This document shows, one piece after another, positions 57,121 to 64,000 of a stretch of 64,000 nt of DNA (its first letter is position 1; each line of letters opens with the position of its first letter). Source of the DNA: Octopus sinensis (Eukaryota); the NCBI RefSeq assembly GCF_006345805.1, contig NC_043015.1, positions 6,758,001 through 6,822,000 of the forward strand. Direction: 5' to 3'. The notes beneath the pieces are model-generated. The model saw only the letters and a list, made by a program, of their open reading frames with translations, did not search any database and was not told the DNA's origin. Made by a program: the position numbers and the translations under genes.

Positions 57121-58454
57121 ATTTGTTGGGATTAACAGTTCCACATATACGCATGCGTATGCCGTTTTAAAATGAAATCCGAAAAATTAAGTAGACAATA
57201 CTATATTCGGAAACAGTAATAGAGTATAAAGAGCTGAAAATTCAGACGAATGTCTTATTTATTACAGAACGTCTTTCTGTGATATAGTAGGTGACCGAGA
57301 ATATTAAATAAATCTTCAATCTTAAATATGATCTATTGTTAAACAAGAATATAAGTAACAATGTACCAAACACTCGGAAATCAAACAAATTTAGAGAGAG
57401 AAATGAGATACACAAGAGAAAAAAAATGAATGTTTTTAATACTGCCTATATAGACTCCAAACCTCATAGACAAACTGCGAACACTTATTGAATTCGGAGA
57501 AAGTTAAGAATACTATTTCTTAATCATCTAGTACATAATAAAGGAAAGTCATTTGTACATTGAAGGAATTCCATTCAAACATTCTCAGTTATTATGTTTC
57601 ACTACTCAACATATAATTATGTGTTATTGTTAGACGGCCATTGAATCTTTTAATATTATATTATTTGTAAAGGACATTTTCCAGTAGATAAAACGATCTT
57701 TTGTGATAACCGACTGCTTGAACAACCAGTTACAATCAAGCTCCGATAATATATTTAACTTGTTAAATTTTATACAACTTCTACACTTTCAAAGAATTGA
57801 TTTGTGTATAGAGTGGAAATATCTATGAATAGTGAAGTATGTGTAATTATTTCTATATACGTATATTATTTTTTTTTATATATTTTGAATTTTGGATATG
57901 ATTATATTTCTCACGAAACGACACTTGGTTTCATTTGAAAACATATCTTACAACATTAAACGAATTTTCGAATTTCAGAAAACAAGAATCGGATTTTAGT
58001 ATATATCAGCAAAAACAGTTGAAAAAATGCGACAATAAACTATACGACGCAAAATCACGTGTTCAAATAGACTGCAAGATATGTTTCTCTATTTCTGGAG
58101 GTGACGTATTAGATTTTAAAATATATGCGTTACATGATACGCAATACATCTGCTCATTTCTCGCATTTGAATATCGGAAGCAATTTGATCAAAAAGTAAT
58201 AGGTTCTGATAAGATAGTAATAGGGTGCATTATTCGATGAGATATTAAAAGGGTGCAATTAACATCCTGAATGTTTCTTTATGAAGTATTTTTCAGTTTT
58301 TGGTTGCAGTATATGTCGTTTTGCAGACTATAGACTGTAAAATTGTTTATTATTCTCCAATGGTATAAAACATGTACAAATCTGATTTTTGTCTAAGTCA
58401 CTTACGTTCTATTTATGTACATAGATCAGACCAACCAACTGAAAAAGGAAAAGT

Positions 58455-58692
58455 AAAATAGATAGATAGATACATACATTCATACATGGATAGATAGATT
58501 CATAGATGGATGGATTAATTTATATATGGTTGAATACATTTATTGAGACAGATTTATAGACAGACAGGCAGGCAAGCAGACGAAAGTCAGGTAAACTGAT
58601 GGACAGACAGACAGGCAGACAGGCAGAGACAAGCAGACAGGCAGACAGGGAGATAGACAGACGGACAGGCAGATAGACTGATAGATAGACAA

Positions 58693-58723
<31 letters not shown>

Positions 58724-58724
58724 T

Positions 58725-58773
<49 letters not shown>

Positions 58774-58800
58774 CAGAGAGATAGACAGAGAGATAGATTA
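58455..58800. repeat. (GATA)n/(GACA/GGCA)n tetranucleotide array
   Basis: Read directly. Confidence 0.95.
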
Positions 58801-59564
58801 CATTAGATTTGATAATTAAACTGAGATATAGATTTAATAACAAAAGAAAATCGTAAAGATTTTATTGCTGAAGGGTGAGAACTGACGAACACAATAAAAA
58901 TTTTCGTTTTAAAAGTATATCACATATATATATATATAGCAGCAATTTCACGATTCATTGTTACATTTTCTAAAACATCGTATTACAAATTTAGCACATT
59001 AAGAGAATTAGAGAATATCATTTACTAATAAAATATGCCCTGATTAAATTCCGAACGGTGCAAGAAAATTCATTCTATTGAGCTTTGTAGGTTTGTTTTT
59101 GTATTTATAACAAATAAGAGGCTATTGTGAAGACTGAACGGATGAACTCCAAAAAGGAAACGATAGCTAATCACTAGGTTTATTTTGACAAGAAATAGGT
59201 TTTCCTTCTTCATTCTATTCTCGTTGCCTCTACGCTGTTCTTGAACAGTTGTATCAATAAACATAACCCAAGAAATGCGAAATAAGAGACATTAAAGACT
59301 CACTTACAGCTGATTCTTTCCTGTATATGTCTACTTCCCCGAGACATATATATATATATATATATATGTAAGTGCATATGTGTGTATATTTATCTGCCTG
59401 TGTGCACGCGTGTGCGTGTGTTTCTATCAGCTGTGAATGTGTTTGGAGGTATGTGTGAGTAAGTTAGCTTAAAGATATGAGGTGTCAGAAATTATTAAGC
59501 TAAACACAAGCATACAAAAGACAAAAGGAATACGCTGTAGGTAGATAGAAGACAACGAAAAACA

Positions 59565-59567
<3 letters not shown>

Positions 59568-59626
<59 letters not shown>
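59568..59626. repeat. (GT)n microsatellite
   Basis: Read directly. Confidence 0.97.
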
Positions 59627-59628
<2 letters not shown>

Positions 59629-59929
59629 TGGTTGGCTTCCTGGTCGTATTTCGTACGATAGAACGCTGCAAATGAATAAATATACTGATTTCGTGAAACA
59701 ACGAACGTATTGACACAGCTGAGATAGAAGAAATTTCTCACCAGAAAAACACAAAAGTGTGCTACAGAGGATATAAGACTCAAACTGTCATCGCATATTT
59801 TTGCTATCATATAATTATTTTTCTTGTTTTATATATTGTAAGAATAGATAAAAAGACAAAGATAAAGAGTATACCTCTATTTATAAGACTATTATCTCTC
59901 TCTTTAGGTGGATATTCGTGACTGCTTGT

Positions 59930-59934
59930 GTGAT

Positions 59935-60021
<87 letters not shown>

Positions 60022-60091
60022 GTGTGTGTGTGTATGTAGGTGTATATGCATATATAGATATACACATATATATATGCATATATATATATAT

Positions 60092-60122
<31 letters not shown>

Positions 60123-60154
60123 CACACGCACATATATATATATATATAATATAT

Positions 60155-60209
<55 letters not shown>

Positions 60210-60229
60210 TATATATATATATACACACA

Positions 60230-60260
<31 letters not shown>

Positions 60261-60354
60261 TATATATATATATATTATATATATACACATATATATATAT
60301 ATATACACACATATATATATATATATATATACACAACATATATATATATATATA

Positions 60355-60391
<37 letters not shown>

Positions 60392-60404
60392 TATATATAT
60401 ATAT

Positions 60405-60436
<32 letters not shown>

Positions 60437-60682
60437 CTATATATATATATATACATATATATATATAATATATATATATATTATATATATATATACATAT
60501 ATTATATATATATATATACACATATATATATATATATTATATATATATATATATAATACACATATATATAATATATTATATATATATAACACATATATAT
60601 ATTATATATATATATATCTATATATATATATATATATACCACATATATATATATATATTATGGTTTATATATATATATATTA
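59930..60682. repeat. Interrupted (TA)n/(CA)n array
   Basis: Read directly. Confidence 0.96.
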
Positions 60683-61163
60683 TGGTTTGGCTTAGACATA
60701 TCAATACTTATTACTTACTTGTTGCTAGAATTCAATGTATATATGCTCTGTTTTAGAGCAAGACATCAGGTGAGTAAAGTGCTTATTGCCAATAAATATA
60801 TGAGAAAACATAAGTTGCGTTATTACTTCCCTTCGCTAGATGACGTTTCTACTATGAGTAGCATTGAACTCAGATCTAAGTGGTCTCGCATTAGAGTTTA
60901 CATCTTGTTTGCATTTAAAAGAATCGTTATTCTTCAGTACATAGGGTTGGTTACATGCATAAAGAAATATACACTACATACGAGAACTCAGACGTGAGTA
61001 CTATGTTTCGTCCAGTAGAAAGAGATGTTTGTGATTATATAAGTTTCGTTCTTTTGATTTTATTACCACACAGACACACACAAAATATATATATAAGGAG
61101 ATAGAGATAGATAGATAATATATATGGATAGATACATATATCTATATCTATCTGCCTGTGTTC

Positions 61164-61199
61164 CTTTCTGTTGAAGAGCGTAGGCTCGAAACGTTAAAG
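61164..61199 (+). ncRNA. Putative minimal type-I hammerhead ribozyme (variant core)
   Basis: CUUU-CUGUUGA-A-GAGC(GUAG)GCUC-GAA-ACGU-U/AAAG: 4-bp stem I, 4-bp stem II, palindromic ACGU stem III. Activity not shown. Confidence 0.5.
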
Positions 61200-61397
61200 A
61201 CTTTTTCACTTCCCGAACGTTATACTAATACATCTGTTTGTTGTCTACACCACCTGTCTTCGTCTTTTGTTTTTTTTTGGTGAATTCTCCCCCACCATAT
61301 ATATATATATATATATAGATAGATCGCCACGTTGAGTCGCTAGCTTCTGCACGCATTTTTTTCTCCCTTGTTTCTCTCCGTGTATCTTTTCTGTGTA

Positions 61398-61435
61398 TCT
61401 TTCTGTTGAAGAGCGTAGGCTCGAAACGTAAAAGA
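61398..61435 (+). ncRNA. Putative minimal type-I hammerhead ribozyme (variant core)
   Basis: UCUUU-CUGUUGA-A-GAGC(GUAG)GCUC-GAA-ACGU-A/AAAGA: perfect 5-bp stem I, GUA cleavage triplet. Activity not shown. Confidence 0.55.
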
Positions 61436-61531
61436 CTTGTTTTATTTATATTCCTGAGCGCCATACTAATACAATTGTTTGTTTGTATTCCACCTGCCTT
61501 CGTCTTTTGTTTATTTTCATAAAGCTTCCCG

Positions 61532-61601
<70 letters not shown>

Positions 61602-62208
61602 GTGTGTGTGTGTGTGTAGTTTTCCACATCAAACTTACACAGACAAATATCGAAACTACTATTTGTGGATTACAAAAATGGACTGTTGTGAATGATAAAC
61701 GATTATATTTACTTAACATGCACCGGCAGCAACTCCCTGTATATCCTGGAGCATATTCAAACAAGCAACCCCTTCAACTATTTGTGCTGAACATCTAACT
61801 GGCGTGCGCACGTGACAGTTGTACTAATCCTTGTTTTCCAGTTTTTTGATTAGCGTCTCAGTAAGGATTACAGTACAAACCTGAAAATATTTGATTTTAC
61901 TGAGATAATATATTTGCTTTGTATATATCACTAACATTTACGACACGATTATTGAACGGTGGTCTTGTTCCCAACGACGAAAATAACGGTAAGACATTAG
62001 TTGCTTATTACCATTAAACCATCTACTTATCTCTATATCTTCATAAATGATATTCCTTATACAGGAAATTGAAACTACAGAATGAGAGTTTAAAAACTGT
62101 AATACATATTGTTACTCAGAACCAACATTAATATCACGAGAGGTTGATTTGATTCTACAAATCTTCAAGTGGTGCAATACTCACACATGCTGTAAACGCA
62201 AATAAATA

Positions 62209-62447
62209 TACAGTAATCCCTAGACTCACGCGTGTGTTATGTTCCAAAGGCCCACGCGATAGGTGAAAATCCGCGAAGAAGAACCAGTACTGTACTGTAT
62301 ATCTCTTTTATCATTTTTATAATTTTTATACATTTAATTAATTATAAATGCAAAAGAACACTACAGAGGAATCGAGGTAAGCTTAAATAATAAACTGCAA
62401 TAGTTGAACCGCGATAGGTGAAACACGATGTAGTTAGGATTCCTGTA
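62209..62447. mobile_element. Tc1/mariner (pogo/Tigger-like) MITE
   Basis: TA|CAGTAATCCCTAGAC...GTTAGGATTCCTG|TA imperfect TIRs; subterminal CGCGATAGGTGAAA present twice. Confidence 0.75.
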
Positions 62448-62559
62448 ATCACGACAAAATATGTGAACAAGCATCTATGTATGATCTATCACTGAAACTT
62501 TCACTCTTTGTACATATATGTGTGTGTGTGTGTGTGTGGATATGTATATATCATCAATG

Positions 62560-62810
62560 AGATCGTGATTTCAATTCCTAGTCGGGTGGTGCTTTCCGTT
62601 CTTGAACAAAACATATCATACCACATTACTCTGCGATCACTTCAACATCTGATGCCTGATACACCGTTCACCTGTTCAGGCAACGTCGATTTGATGGAGA
62701 GAGTGAGCTACAGTGCAGTATGAACATTCGAGCACTTTAAACAAATCCTTTTCTGTAGGTCGTTCGACAAAACCTTAACGATCATACGTCGTTTTCGACA
62801 GGAGAAGCTA
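62560..62810 (+). mobile_element. SINE with a family-B-like head remnant and CORE-like body (family D variant)
   Basis: GATCGTGATTTCAATTCCTAG (B-box region) followed by GTTCTTGAACAAAACAT...CACATTACTCTG. Confidence 0.6.
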
Positions 62811-63299
62811 TCTATATGTGTGTGTATACATGTGTCTGCGTGAGCATATATATATACGTCGAAATACTCACATACAAAATCACGACGAAACACAGTACAC
62901 AAAGTACTTATAAAACGTCTGCACTCTAATACCAGATATCTGTGTGTCTGTGCTAATGTACGCATGTGAGTAGAATAGATAGATAGTTAGAGTGTGTAGG
63001 TGTGCGTGTAATCCTTTTCATCAGAAAAAGTGCAAATGAGTAGTTAGCTTTGACGGAGAGCAAAAAGAGGAAATCACGACACTCTGAATATAAAAAAAAA
63101 ATCTATTATGGCAGAGAATATAAGGCAACCTGAAGAATACTTCAGAGCACAAAGATCTATATAAATGGAGCCAAGAATTTCAGACTTTATCTGATGCTGC
63201 AGAAATTTTACAACGCTTTAAAAGTCTTAATTCTTACACAAAAGATGTGCTCTTGTCAACTGACACATATAACCAACTGAGTTCATATATTCTTACTTT

Positions 63300-63835
63300 T
63301 CACTTTCTTTCTTTCTTTCTTTTTATTTTGAGTTTTCATTTCTTTTCCCCATTTTTCTCTTTTTTCCTCTCCCTCATTTTTTAGAATGTGGTTCTCCATT
63401 TTCTTCTTCTTCATTTCAATCTACTCCTTCTCATCCTTTCATCTTCTTTCCTTCTCTTTTTTTCTCATTTTTCTCTACCTCCATTTGTTCTTTCTCTTTT
63501 TCTTTCTTTTCTTCTTTCACTTCCTCTTCTCTTCTTCGTCTGTTGTTTTTCTTCTTATTCCTCTTCTTTTTCTACTTTTCTTTCACTTCCTTCGTATGTC
63601 TTATCTTTATCTCCTTTCTCTTTTCTTCTTTTAGCTCTTCGTTTTTTTTCTGTTTCTTCTTCTTCTCCTTTTCTTTCCCTTCTTTATTTCCTTTCTCTTC
63701 TAATTTTTCTACTTTTCTTTCTCTTCCTCCTTATATGCTTTTCATCTTTCTTCTTCTCCTTCCTCTTCATTTTGTCTTCTTACTCTTCTCCTAAATCCTC
63801 ACCATCATCGTCTTCATCATTATCATCCTAATCAT

Positions 63836-63868
<33 letters not shown>

Positions 63869-63890
63869 TTTCTTCTTCATCATCTTCTCT
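63300..63890. repeat. CT-rich low-complexity tract ending in (CTA)n
   Basis: Polypyrimidine sequence; source of the F/L/S-rich ORFs. Confidence 0.92.
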
Positions 63891-64000
63891 CTTCCACTTC
63901 TGCAAATTGCACCTTCAGTTATTTTTGCCTATTTGTATTACCCTTTAAAACCTCAACCGGGATACAGTTGCTGAAATACAATCACCGATATTTAATAGAC

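Larger units (their letters stand above)
61155..61532 (+). mobile_element. Head-to-tail pair of Penelope/retrozyme-like short repeats (61155-61297; 61317-61532)
   Basis: Two homologous units, each with TTTCTGTTGAAGAGCGTAGGCTCGAAACGT(T/A)AAAGAC and ...ATACTAATACA...CCACCTG.CTTCGTCTTTTGTTT, each ending in (TA)n. Confidence 0.8.

Noticed and set aside
57935-58240. 101-aa non-repetitive ORF
   Set aside because: TTG start, no recognisable motif, weak splice signals.
63386-63831. Hydrophobic F/L/S-rich ORFs that look like membrane proteins
   Set aside because: Translation of a CT-rich low-complexity tract.

Overview
64 kb of very AT-rich, repeat-dense eukaryotic DNA. The repeat families look like those I associate with an octopus (coleoid cephalopod) genome; this is recalled, not searched. 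I find no intact protein-coding gene. Almost all listed ORFs are translations of (TA)n/(TG)n/(CTT)n microsatellites or broken transposon frames. The window holds about 15 tRNA-head SINE copies from several families, four decayed Tc1/mariner transposase remnants, three TA- or TTAA-flanked MITEs, two LINE 3' remnants, two near-identical non-autonomous Helitrons in inverted orientation, an apparently exact 850-bp tandem duplication and several kb-scale (TA)n arrays. The most notable signal is a dispersed ~200-bp repeat (five copies, three variants) carrying a minimal type-I hammerhead-ribozyme-like motif of the Penelope/retrozyme kind. Two copies sit head-to-tail, 235 nt apart, with a (TA)n tract inside the predicted monomer. 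A few splice-site-bounded open frames (12.3-12.7 kb, 30.6 kb, 60.7 kb) could be exons of a long-intron gene but cannot be confirmed from sequence alone.
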